Below the pieces are notes generated by a model. That model had not been told where the DNA came from and made no database searches. It saw only the letters and a list, made by a program, of their open reading frames with translations. This document shows positions 25,551-37,507 of a DNA stretch of 64,000 nucleotides, piece after piece. Made by a program: the position numbers and the translations under genes. This DNA comes from Mobula hypostoma (lineage: Eukaryota): contig NC_086118.1 in NCBI RefSeq assembly GCF_963921235.1, positions 23,996,001 through 24,060,000 of the forward strand, read 5' to 3'. Numbering within the stretch: the first letter of the stretch is position 1; every line of letters begins with the position of its first letter.

Positions 25551-26439
25551 TGAAGAAAAAGTTCAATACTTGTACAGTCAATTAAAAAAAATATATTACA
25601 TTGTTCTGCTAAGTTAGTTCCTTATTGCCCGTATATGTCACAAGGCAGTTAAATTGATGTATTGTTTAGTAGTTTTCAAAGTTACATTTTATGACCAGCA
25701 GTCTTTGCAGTACAAAGATTTGAGTTGATAATCATTTGTTGCAAGGAATAAACTTTTTGTTTATTGTCTTGGGTACACTTAGTGGTTAAAGTTGCTCTTG
25801 GAATTTACAGCAGTACAGTTTTAGTACTTTAGATGCAGTCAAATCTCCATCCGTCATAATATGTAAGCTTATCTTTTGTTTGTATTGATTTTAGAGGATT
25901 CACGTTACAAAAAGGAAAAAGCTTGCTCTTTAACTAAACCTAGGAAAATATTTGTTCTGGTCATTATTAATCCTAGCTCCTGCCCTGGATAATTGCAAGT
26001 CATGCACTTAATGGAAGACCCAGATTCCAATCGGCATTCTCCTCATTGGACACTCATTTTTCTTCTTAAATTAGTTTTCTGTGAATTGGTCAGGTATAGA
26101 CAAAATTTGAATGCCATTGCTGGAGTCTTCATGGCGGTGAACAGCTTGTAAGATGCACTGATTAACTGACTGGTGACAGAGAACCGGGTGAGGGGTGCTG
26201 CTGAGGAGGGGGCTGTGCATTTTTGTCATATAATGCAAGAGTCGAGGAAATTAGATGCATTCACTTGAAGAAAATCTGGTAGTGAGAAACCACTGAAGGG
26301 AAGTTGGGTGGTTTCTAGAGTCCAAGCACCCCAGAGAAATATTGGGGATAGTCAGAGACTAGTCATGGAGAATGCAAATCTATTCTACACGGAAGTAAGT
26401 GATACCTAAAAACGAGACTGACTTACCAATGTAAAAAAC

Positions 26440-27330
26440 ATTGCAGCAGAAAGGCTTTCAATCATTTGTTCCAAATCTGCCATTCACCACTTACCTCACC
26501 ACCAACACATTCCTCGATTCTCTTAGTATCTAAAAACTGATCAATCCGTGTTTTGAGTTTGCTTGGTGCCTGAGCTGCTACATCCAGTTTGGGAAGAGAA
26601 TTAGAAAGACACATTACCCCCTAGGTAAAGGAATTTCTTCTCAGCTCAGTTCAGTGAATCTTAGCCAAGGGAAATATTATCCTGCCAAGATGTCTCAGAA
26701 TTTCGAAGGTTTAATTGAAATCCTCTCTAATCTTCTAAAGCGGGGGGGGGGGGGGAGGGTGGCATTTGCTTAATCTTTCTTCATATAATACTTATATACT
26801 TAAATTGTCTTATTACACTGGAGTCTCTGCAATTTTTCACTTCTATCACTATCTACGTCTGTAACACTGGCAAACCTAGATATATTAATATTAATGTAGA
26901 CTATGAACAGTTGGCACCCCAGCATTAATTCCTGCAATGCTCCACAAGTCAACACCTCCTAATCAGAAAGTAGTCAATTTATTGCTTTTGCTTTCTGTCT
27001 ATCAACTAATCCTCAATTGTTGGCAATGTTTTGTCCCCAATCCCACATACTCATAATATTGTTTAACTACTTCAGGAGTGGCATCTCGTTGATGGGCATT
27101 TAAGAGTCTAAATACACCATGTCAACTAGTTTCCACTTATTGATTCTACTAGATTCTACCTCTAAGAACTCAAATAACAGATTTGTTAACTAAGATTTCT
27201 CTTTCATGGATCCACATTTTCCAATATTGTCCTGCCCAGGCACATTATTATTTTTTAAGTGGCAATTGCCAGCTCAATAACAGATTCTAGCATTTGCCCT
27301 GCTAATGAAGCCGAGCTAATTAGTCTGCAG
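26440..27330 (-). mobile_element. Highly decayed CR1 fragments
   Basis: Scattered reverse-strand CR1 RT and 3' motifs. Confidence 0.45.
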
Positions 27331-27398
27331 TCCCGTTTTCTGTCTTCCTCCTTTCTTGCTAGAAGGTTTCTATGCAAACTGATCTAAAATGTATGGAA

Positions 27399-28396
27399 AC
27401 ACGAGGAAATCTGCAGATGCTGGAAATTCAAACAACACACACAAAAAATGCTGGTGAACGCAGCAGGCCAGGCAGCATCTATAGGAAGAGGTACAGTCGA
27501 CGTTTCGGGCCGGGACCCTTTGTCAGGACTAACTGAAAGAAGAGATTGTAAGAGATTTGAAAGTGGGAGGGGGAGATCTGAAATGATAGGAGAAGACAGG
27601 AGGGGAGGGGTGGATCTAAGAGCTGGAAAGTTGATTGGCGAAAAGGATACCAGGCTGGAGAAGGGAGAGGATCATGGGACAGGAATCCTGGGGAGAAAGA
27701 GAAGGGGGGGAGGGGAGCCCGGAGGGTGGGGAGCAGGCAAGGAGTTATAGTGAGAGGGACAGAGGGAGAAAAAAGAGAGAGAGAAAAAAAGGGGGAAAAT
27801 ATATTTAAAAATATATTAAATAAATAAATAAGGGATGGGGTGTGAAGGGGAGGAGGGGCATTAGCGGAAGTTAGAGAAATCAATATTCATGTCATTAGGC
27901 TGGAGGCTACCCAGACGGAATATAAGATGTTGTTCCTCCAACCTGAGTGTGGCTTCATCTTTACAGTAGAGGAGGCCGTGGATAGACATGTCAGAATCGG
28001 AATGGGATATGGAATTAAAATGTGTGGCCACTGGGATATCCTGCTTCTCTGACGGACAGAGCGTTGGTGTTCAGCAAAACGGTCTCCCAGCCTGCACCGG
28101 GTCTCGCCAATATATAGAAGGCTGCACCGGGAGCACTCCACTCTCTGTGCTCCCCTCCCCCCTTCTCTTTCTCCCCAGGCTTCCCGTCCCATGATCCTTT
28201 CCCTTCTCCAGCTCTTTGAACCACCCCTCCCCTCCTGTCTTCTCCTATCATTTTGGATCTCCCCCTTCCCCTCCCACTTTCAAATCTCTTACTATCTCTT
28301 CTTTCAGTTAGTCCTGACGAAGGGTCCAGTCCCGAAACGTCGATTGTACCTCTTCCTATAGATGCTGCCTGGCCTGCTGTGTTCACCAGCATTTAC
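27399..28396. mobile_element. Penelope-like (Neptune-type) insertion with inverted pseudo-LTRs and GIY-YIG remnant
   Basis: Minus strand reads CSRCSLLYIGETRCRLGDRFAEHQRSV; orientation switches near 28135. 11-bp TSD aatgtatggaa at 27388-27398 and 28397-28407. Confidence 0.9.
28310..28345 (+). ncRNA. Minimal type I hammerhead ribozyme motif (PLE-type)
   Basis: AGTC-CTGACGA-A-GGG(TCCAGT)CCC-GAA-ACGT-C-GATT: intact core, stem I AGTC/GATT, palindromic ACGT stem III, predicted cleavage after C28341. Confidence 0.75.
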
Positions 28397-29794
28397 AATG
28401 TATGGAATGTTGGAAGTTCACGGGCAGAGCATCCATTATCTCTATCATCACCTCTTTCATTGGATGTTGGAGAATTATTAGTATTCTGTTCTTTTAACTT
28501 CTCCATTAAAAAAAGTATTGACCATTTTTCACCAACTCATTCAGTCTACCAATATTGTATTCCATTCTCTCTGGGAGTCTTATTTAATTAATTTCTCCAC
28601 CATTTCCTTCCTCCCCACTCTAATTTCATCTGCCTCAACCTTTTTCCTATATAATTGTTCTTCTCATTTATAATGTAAACTCTTGTCTCTCCTGTTAACT
28701 GAGAACAAGAAGTTGGAAGTAGTCAGCAGATTAGAAAGAGGAACAAAGTTAAAGAAAGAATCAGTAAAAATATAAAAAACTGCAGATGCTGGAAATCTAA
28801 AATAAGACAGAAATTGAATCAGCATCAGAATCAAAACATATGTCGTGAAATTTGTTGTTTTGCGTAAGCAGTACATTACAACACATAAAATTTGTTATCA
28901 ATTACAAGAACAAATACAAATTTAAAAATAAATAGGTACTGCCAAAAGAGAGGGAAATATTGAGGTCGTCTTAATGGGTTCGTTGTCCATTCAGAAATCT
29001 GATAGTGGAGGGGAATAAGCTGTTCTTAAAATGTCTAGTGTGTGACTTTAGGCTCCTGTACCTCCTCTCTGATGAAAGTAATGAGAAGAGGTCATGCCTT
29101 GGGTGGTGGGGAGTCCCAAATGATGGATGCCGCCTTTTTGAAGCATTGCATTTTGAAGATGTCCTTGGTGAAGGGGAGACTAGTGCCCTTGATGGAAATG
29201 GCTGAGATTACGACCCTCTGCAGCTTTTTCTGATTCTGCACAGTGGCCCCTCCATATCAGACTATAATGCAACCAGTTAGAATGGTCTCCATGTTACATC
29301 TGTAGAAATTTGCTGGAGTCTTTTTGTGACATAACAAATTTCCTCAAACTCCTAATGAAATATAGCAACTGACATATCTTCTTTGTAGTTGCATCAATAT
29401 GTCGGCCCCAGGATTAATCATCAGAGATGTTGCCACCCAGCGACTTAAAACTGCTCAACATTTCCATTGTTCATCCCTCAATGAGGACTGTGTGTATTCC
29501 CATGACTTCCCCTCCCTGAAGTCCACAATCAATTCCTTGGTCTTACTGATGTGGAGTACAAGACTGTTGTTGCAACACAACTCGATCAGCTGATCTACAG
29601 TGCTCTTGTATGCCTCCTTTTCACCACCTGAGAATCTGTCATCCACAGTTGTGTCATCAGTATATTTAAAGGTGGCATTTGTGCTTTGCCTAGCCATACC
29701 ATCACGGATGTAGAGAGAGCAAGGAGTGGGCTAGGCACACATTCTTGAGGTACTCTGGTGTTGTCAGTGAGGACCCCACCAGTGATCAAAAAGC

Positions 29795-30048
29795 AGTCTC
29801 ACCTCTCCTAGGTTGCGGTTCTGTGGAATGCTCTGCCTCAGAAGGCAGTGGAGGCTAATTCTCTGGATTCTTTCAAAAAAGAGTTAGATAGAGCTCTTAA
29901 AGATGGCGGGGTGAAGGGATATAGGGAGATGGCAGGAAAAGGGTACTGATTGTGGATGATCAGCCATGATCACAGTGAATGGTGGTGCTGACTCGAAGGG
30001 CTGAATGGCCTACTCCTGCACCTATTGTCTATTGTGTATTGTCTATTG
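29795..30048 (+). mobile_element. CR1 3' end
   Basis: ctgtggaatgctctgcctcagaaggcagtggagg...; tail (ctattgt)n. Confidence 0.8.
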
Positions 30049-30172
30049 AAATGTTATTTCCAGTCCAGACTGATTGTGGTCTCCCAATGAGGAAGTCAAG
30101 GATCCAGATGCAAAGCAACGTACAGAGGCCCAGGTTTTGAAGTTTATTGATTAATACTGAGGGGATGATAGT

Positions 30173-30876
30173 TTGTTTTTTGTCTTCAATGTGATTCTAG
30201 AATTGCAGTTTGGACATTGCTTGGGTGTTTCAGGGCTCGGCAGTCTCCCAGAGGATTCTGGGAGGCAGAGCCAACGTGAGCGAACTATGTGGTGAGAAAG
30301 CTGTGGGATGGGGCAAGAGCCGATGTTCGACTTCATTCGCCAATTAAAGCTTTCATCGTACGCCGATTAAAGGAACGAGAGAAATTGAACCATTGAAGTG
30401 AATGCAGATGGTGAGCGCCAGCTACCTGCCTTTTGATCACTGGTGGAACTGCTCTGCTAGGGAGAGGGGGGACTGCCTTTTGATCGGGGGGTTATCTACC
30501 TAGGAGAGGAGAGACTGCTTTTTGGTCACTGGTGGGGTCTCTCTGCTACAGAGAAGGAAAGGCCTGTCACTGGGCCCAGAGAATATTACCCAGGTTTTCT
30601 ATGTTGAGGATACGGACTTGAGCTATAGAATATTTTTAGTCTTATAGTGTTTTTATATTCTGTGCTTTCCGCCCAATCTTTATCGCTTTTTTGTGTGCAG
30701 GGGCGGATGATTTGGGGGTTGATGTGCCTATTCTGTTTCTATTCAAGGAGGAGGGAATTGGGGGTTGAAGATTATGCTGCTATTCTTGTCTTTTCCTTTC
30801 TTTCTTGGTTTCTTGGCTATCTGGAGAAGAATAATTTCAGAGTTGTATGCATTGATAATAAATTAACCTTTGAACC
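30173..30876 (+). mobile_element. ORF-less element with Rex1-type 3' tail
   Basis: Precisely interrupts the Rex1 AFN|TIIP codons; ends gataataaattaacctttgaacc. Confidence 0.6.
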
Positions 30877-32859
30877 GTTGAAAGCAAAGTTGCAATCAAT
30901 AAACAGCAGCATGATGTAGGTATTGCTGTTGTCCAGCAGATCCAAGGCTGCAAAGAGTGCCAATGAGATTGCATCCACTGTAAACCTATTCTGGGGATAG
31001 GCAAATTCCAGCAGGTTCAGATTCTTGCTTAGGGAGGACTTAATTCTAGCCATGATCAACCTCTCACAACACTTCATCACAGTAGGTATGTCTGCAACTG
31101 ATAATCACCAAAGCAGCTCACACTGCTCTTCTTGTGCACAGGTATGATTGATGTCCTTTGGAAGCAGGTGGGGACCTCTGACTGCAAAAGTGAGTGACTG
31201 AAGTTGGCCTTGACCATTCCTTTGTGGTATGCTGGAAATACAGAGCGGGACAGGTTGCACTGGGGTAGAACAGAAACAGGGTTAACTATTCAGGTCAGAA
31301 CATTTTTCTTCCACAGAGAGTGATGTGGAAGGGAAGGGTAGGTTGATCTTGGAAGGAAAGGGTTTGATTGATCTTAGGTTAAAAGGGTAGCACAACATTG
31401 TGGCCTGTACTGTGCTGTACAGTTCTATATTCTTCCCACAGGTGTAGCCTGACCTGCTGAGCATTTTCAGCAGTTTCAGTTTTTACTAGTTTTTCTGGTT
31501 GATGTCCTGTCATGAAAACTTGGCCCTTCTCTCTCTACACAGGTACTGACTAAGTTTTAAAGTGTTCACTGCATTTCTGTTTTTTTTTTAGTTAAGATTT
31601 ACAACATTTCAGTTTTCTGTTTTTTGATTGTCATTTATTATAAGCTTGACCAGGAAAATGTCTATATTTCAATGTGTAATCAATATAATATAGCTGGATA
31701 TTATTGATATGATATTGCTGATTTAGCTACAAACATTGTCAGTGGTCTGTGGCTAATGTAAATAGTCTGCTTAAGAGCAAGAGATAAATCCTTTTCACTC
31801 CAAAGACTATCCCTAAAACCACTTTCTGAATTTGAGCACATCTTCTCCATTCATCCTCAATGTACAATACAACACAGGTAAATAAGGTATTGAACACTGT
31901 TAGGCTGCTCAGCACCTAAAGCCTGTTCTATCATTGAATAAGATTATTGGTTGTCTAATTGTAACTTCAACACCATATTCCTGCATAATAAGACCATAAG
32001 ATCACTCTTATAAGCCTCCTCTGAACTCTCTCCAAAGCCAACACATCCTTCCTTAGATACAGGGCCCAAAATTATTCGTAATGCTCCAAATGTGGTCTGA
32101 CCAATGCCTTATAAAAGATTGGCATTACATCTTTGCTTTTCTGTTCTACTCCTCTTGAAATGAATGCTAAACAATGTATTTGCCTTTTAAGCTATGAACT
32201 TTTTTTCCTGGATTATAATTCCAGCTGTCTGGATTGATTCAATATTGTGATTATAATAATACTTCCTCATTGATATCTCAGCTCCTGACTTAAGGCTAAA
32301 TTCAGAAAGGTAGCTGTGAAAAAAAGGAAACATAATATGGGATGAAAAGTTTGATTACTGTATTATTGCATATGCTGAAAACAACTTGCCTGAAATAAAA
32401 ATAATAACATTATTACGAAATGTTACCATGCTCTGTCCTCACATGTCATAACTACTCATTGTAGATTTGTTATTCATTCAGACAGGGAAATAGACTTCTC
32501 AGCACAGACTGAAATCATAGGAATCAAGGATGATGGAAGGATTGACATATTTTTCAAATAGTAACTTCACTGGCCAATCTTTACATGCAGAATTTAATTT
32601 AGATTCTTTTCTTCTAGCTACAGGATGGGATTTTCAGAAAGGTATTAATTTTAACTACTACTTCTGTGTTCCATTCACTGTATTTCAACACCATTGTCAT
32701 ACCATAAATAAAGGATCGTACTTTGTGTACATTCATCAGTTGGCTAAAGTGAAGGATAAATAATGCCACTTTCTTTACAAATAGATTGAATTCTTTGAGA
32801 ATTTATTAGAGGAACATGATATATTGTCTATATTGATGAATGCTAATTTCTTATTCAAA

Positions 32860-35800
32860 GTTGCTCATGGATAGAGTAAAGGGAAGGATAGTGCAAAGGA
32901 GGTTACTGAAGTCTCCAGACTAAAGAAAAAGGCAGGGAGTATAGAAATGGATAAGGATTTAACTTCAGGCAACATGGAGACAAAATTGAGAAGAGCACTG
33001 AATATAAGACTGACAGTGTTATATTTGAATGCACACTATACGTAATAAGGTAGGTGAGCAGTTACAAATCGGCAGGTATGACAAAGTGAGCACACAGAGC
33101 CATGATTGAAAGAAGATCACAGCTGGGAGTTTAACATCTAAGGAAACACATACTTTTGAAAAAAAAGGCAGGTGGGCAATGGAGGTGCGGTGGCAGTGTT
33201 GGTAAAAATTGAAATCAAGTCCTTAGGAAGAAGTGACAAATGATCAGAAGATACAGAAGCTTTGTGGGTAGAGTTGCAGAATTTCAGGGGTAAAAGACAC
33301 TCATGGGAGTTATCTATGAGTTTCACAATAGTAGCCAGGATGTGCAGTACAAATTATAATGGGAGACAGAAAAAGCTTGTAAAATGGGTAATGTTACGAT
33401 AGTCATGAGGGATTTCAATATTGCAAGTAGATTGAGAAAACCACGTTGGTTCCCAAGAGAAGGAATTTGTAGAATGCACACAAAATAACGTTTTATAGCA
33501 ACTACTAGTCAAGCCCACTAGGGAAAAAAAACAATTCCAGATATGGTGTGGTGTAATGGTCCAGATTCGATTAGCAAGTTTAAGGTAAAGGAACCCTTAG
33601 GAGACGGTGATCATAAGACAATAGAATTCAACCAGCAGTTTGAGAGGGAGAAGCTAAAATCAAATGTATCGATATTATAGTGAAGTAAGAGTAACTACAG
33701 AGCCACAAGAAAGGAGCTGGCCAAAGTTGAATGGAAGGGATGATGCTAGAGCAGAAATGGCTGTAGTTTCTGGGAGCAACTTGGAAGACCCAGGATCAGT
33801 TCATCCCAAAGAAGAATAAATATTCTAATAGGAAGATGAGCAACTGTGTCTTACCAAGGGAAGTCGAAGTCAGCATGAAAGCAAAAAAGAGGGCATGCAA
33901 TTTAATGAAAATTAGTGAGATACTACAGCATTGGAAAATTCTAAAAACCAACAGAAGGTAAATAAAAAAAAATAAGTATTGAAGAGATTAAATATGAGGT
34001 TAAGCTAGCCAATAATATAAAGAGGAAGCAGATTTTTTTCAGATATACAAAAATTTAAAAGAAAGGCAACTTCACTTTTCCTATCACTGAACTGTTCCAA
34101 TAACCTATGGGCTCAATTTCAAGGATTCTTCATATAATGTTTTCATATTTTTTGCTTTTTTTTTAAATATTATTTAACTTTCTTTTGTATTTGCAGCTTG
34201 TTGTCTTTTGCACATGGGTTGTTTGTCTGCCCTGTTGGATGTGGTCTTTAATTGATTCTATCATGGTTCTTGGATTTACTGAGTATGACCACAAGAAAAT
34301 AAATCTCAGGATTGTATACGGAGACATATATGTACTTTGATAATAAATTTACCTTGAACTTTGAGACTGGACCACTGGAAAATGATGTGAGAGAAGTAGT
34401 AATGGGGAGAAAAGAAATGGCAGATGAACTGAATAAGTATTTTGATCCAGCCTTTACTGTCGAAGAGACAAGCAACATATCAGAAATTCAAGAGAGTCAG
34501 GACCCAGAAATTAGTGTTGTCTCTATTACTAAGGAAAAGGTCTGAAGGCGGATAAGTCAGCTGAATCAGATGGACCAGAAACCTTGGTCTCTGAAAGTTG
34601 TAGCTGAAGAGATGGTGATGGTATTATTAGCCATCTGTCAAGAATCACTAGATTCTGGAATTGTTCCAGAGGACATGAAAATTGCAAATGTCACTCCTCG
34701 CTTTAAAAAGGGAGGGAGACAAAAGACAGAACCTTATAGGGCAATTAGACTGAGTTCAGTGGTTGGTAAGATGGTAGAATCCATTATTAAGGGTGGGGTT
34801 TTGGACTATTTGGACGCTCGTGATAAAAAAGGCCGAGTCAGCATGACTTCTTGAAGGGAAAATCTTGCCTGACAAATTTGTTGGAATTCTTAGTGGGGAT
34901 AACAAGCAAGGTAGACAAAGGAGAATTAGTGGATATTGTTCACTTGGATTTTAAGAAGACCTTTGACAAGGTGCTGCACCTGACGCTGTTTAACAAGATA
35001 ACAGCCCATGGTAATACAGGAAAGATACGACCATGGAGAGAAGATTGGCAAACTGACAGGAGACAAAGAGTGGAAATAAAGGGGCACCTTTATTGGTCGG
35101 GAGCCTGTGACCACTGATATTCCTCAACGATCAGTGTTTGGTCCACGACTTTTCACATTATATGTTAATGATCTGGATGACAGAATCAATGGCTTTGTGG
35201 CCAGGTTTCTGGAGAATACAAAGATTGGTGGAGGGGTAGATGGTGTTTAGGAAATAAGAAGTCTTAGGAAAGAAAAGAACATGGATAGATACGGGAATGG
35301 GTAAAGAAGTGACAGATGAAACACAGTGTAGAACATGCACTTTGCAATGTAGGTCATGCACTTTGGTAGGAGGAATAATGGTTATGGACTACTTTCAACA
35401 GGGAGTGAATTCAGAATTTAGAGGTGCAAAGGGTCCTGAGAGTACTAAAGGTTAACATATGGTGGGTCAAAAGGCAAATGCAATCTTAGCATTCTTTTTG
35501 AGAGGGCTAGAATATAAGAACAATGATGTAATGTTGAAGCTTTAAAAAGTGTTGGTTAGATTATATTTGGAATATTGTGAGCAGTTTGGGGCCCAATATT
35601 TAAGGAAGGATGTGTTGGTATTGGAGAGGATCTAGAGGCAGTTCACGAGAATGATCCTGGGAGTAAAAGGGTTAAGGTATAAGGATCATTTAGGCTTTTA
35701 CTCACTGAAGTTTTGAAGAATGAGGGAGATCTCATTGAACCCTATCAAATATTAAAAGGCCAAATAGAGTGAGGATATTTCCTATAGTGGTAGAGTCAAG

Positions 35801-36085
35801 AACCAGAACCATACCCTCAGAATAGAAGAACGTCTATTTAGAACAGTGAAGTGGAGGAATTCCTTTAGTCAGAGGGTGGAATTTGTGCCACAGATGGCTG
35901 TGGAGGCCGAATGAGTTGATATATTTAAGGTGGTGGTTAATAGCTTCTTGATTAGTAAGGGTGTCAAGAGGTTACAGAGAGAAGGCAAAAGCATGTGGTT
36001 GATAGGAAAAATAAACCAGTCATGATCAAATAGTGGAACAAATTCAATGGGCCAGACAGCCTATGTCTTACAGTCTATAGTCTAG
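32860..36085 (+). mobile_element. Old CR1 ORF2, heavily decayed, with a Rex1-type tail insert at about 34071-34362
   Basis: KEMADELNKYF, IANVTPRFKKGGRQK, KGKSCLTNLLEF, DFKKTFDKV. Confidence 0.85.
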
Positions 36086-36118
36086 ATTTCTTTTTACACA
36101 AATATATACATACAAATA

Positions 36119-36121
<3 letters not shown>

Positions 36122-36162
<41 letters not shown>
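36122..36162. repeat. (CA)n microsatellite
   Basis: About 20 perfect AC units. Confidence 0.95.
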
Positions 36163-36166
<4 letters not shown>

Positions 36167-36769
36167 ATCTGGTACAGAGTGTTTCATGATACAGTTTTCA
36201 CAAGAATGAGTTGCGTAGCCTTCTTTCATCAATTTTTACTCTCAATCAAAAATGCAGGTGCCGCAAAGTTGGCCGTGGGCAGTTTCACATAACATGAGTT
36301 TGCTGGAGCAGGGAAAGAAAATGATCAAATCACAGTTTTTGTAATAGTTACTATTTCATGCTTTTCAAGCAACTAATAACCCAGATATAAATGACACAAA
36401 TTATGAAAGATGCTGTCAAATACAAAAAGAGTGGACTTGAGAAATGGGTGGCAATGTTCAATAGTTTGCACTTGATAATCCTTGTGGACTGTATTACAAA
36501 GTAATAAGATGATATTTGATCAACTAACAGGTAATAACCTGGTAAAACGGCAGGCTGGATGATTGCAACTAAACCATGGCAATTCAATATCAGATACAGT
36601 GAAAGCTGAGGTGTAAATGCAGGAAACCACAGTAAAAATGCCATTGTAATTCTGCAAAGAACAACCAAGGAGAAGGGATTAAATGTTCCAGATAAAGCTA
36701 AAACTTGCACAAAAGTAAAGAAATATCAAGAAGCAAACACAGGATTTAAAAAGTGAGCAGGGCCTGTTA

Positions 36770-37332
36770 GAACTTCCAGCAGAGCTTGAGATCGCACAAC
36801 CCATTACTTGTGGTGAGTAAGTGCAAGATTTTAAAGGTGAGGGGGGCTGCCATGACTTCCAGCAGAGCTTGAGATTGCACAGGTTACTAGACACTTACAA
36901 GAGCCTATAAAAAGAAATTAGGTTTAAGCAGAGTAGCCATTGTAGGAACGGCCATTGTGTGAGTGGGCCAGTGTTATTCTGGGAAGCTGAGTCTTAAGCT
37001 CAACAGGCTTTACCAAGGAGAGGCAGAGGCTAACATAAGTTTCTGGTGAGTTTCTTTATGTTTTTTTTTCCCCTATTGCACAGTTAGAACAGCGTGAATT
37101 GTAGTCAGAAGAGTGGAGATGTGGGAATATGGGTAGACCTTCGTTATTACCAGCAGGAAGTGCATCCAGCTGAAGCTATTTTCAAGCTGTGTTAGGGTGG
37201 AGTTCGATGACCTTTGCAATTATTTGGGAGGCTGAGAAGTTGATTGCCAGGAGATACAGGGGGGTATTTACATCTAAGGTGCAGGACACAGTTAATTGGG
37301 TAATCGCCAGGAGAGGGAAAGGGGATAGGCAG
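36770..37332 (+). mobile_element. Decayed CR1 5'UTR and ORF1 start
   Basis: Similar to 3040-3370 (ctcaacaggcttt, atgtggga, aagtgcatccagctg, tgggtaatcgccaggagaggg). Confidence 0.6.
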
Positions 37333-37507
37333 GGGTGGAGATACCAAAGGAGGTGTAGGCACTCCTTCCCTCTGTTAGCCTGCAGGTCACCCTTGGGCAA
37401 GATATAGCACCTAATCAGCACCGCCCCCACCCTCCCCTCCCCGGTACAGGTTCACGGGAGCAGGTGGTGGATGGTCGTATGAACAGCTGATGCATATCTC
37501 AAGTCTT

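Larger units (their letters stand above)
28815..31220 (-). mobile_element. Rex1/Babar RT region, fragmented by nested inserts at 29795-30048 and 30173-30876
   Basis: MKCCERLIMARIKS...DAISLAL...LLFIDCNFAFN|TIIP; VPQECVPSPLL; FKYTDDTTV; KTKELIVDFR. Confidence 0.85.

Noticed and set aside
26742..26759. Poly-G run
   Set aside because: Simple homopolymer inside a decayed repeat.
36351..36710. 119-aa hydrophobic minus-strand ORF
   Set aside because: No recognisable domain or clear splice context; composition follows from T-rich DNA.
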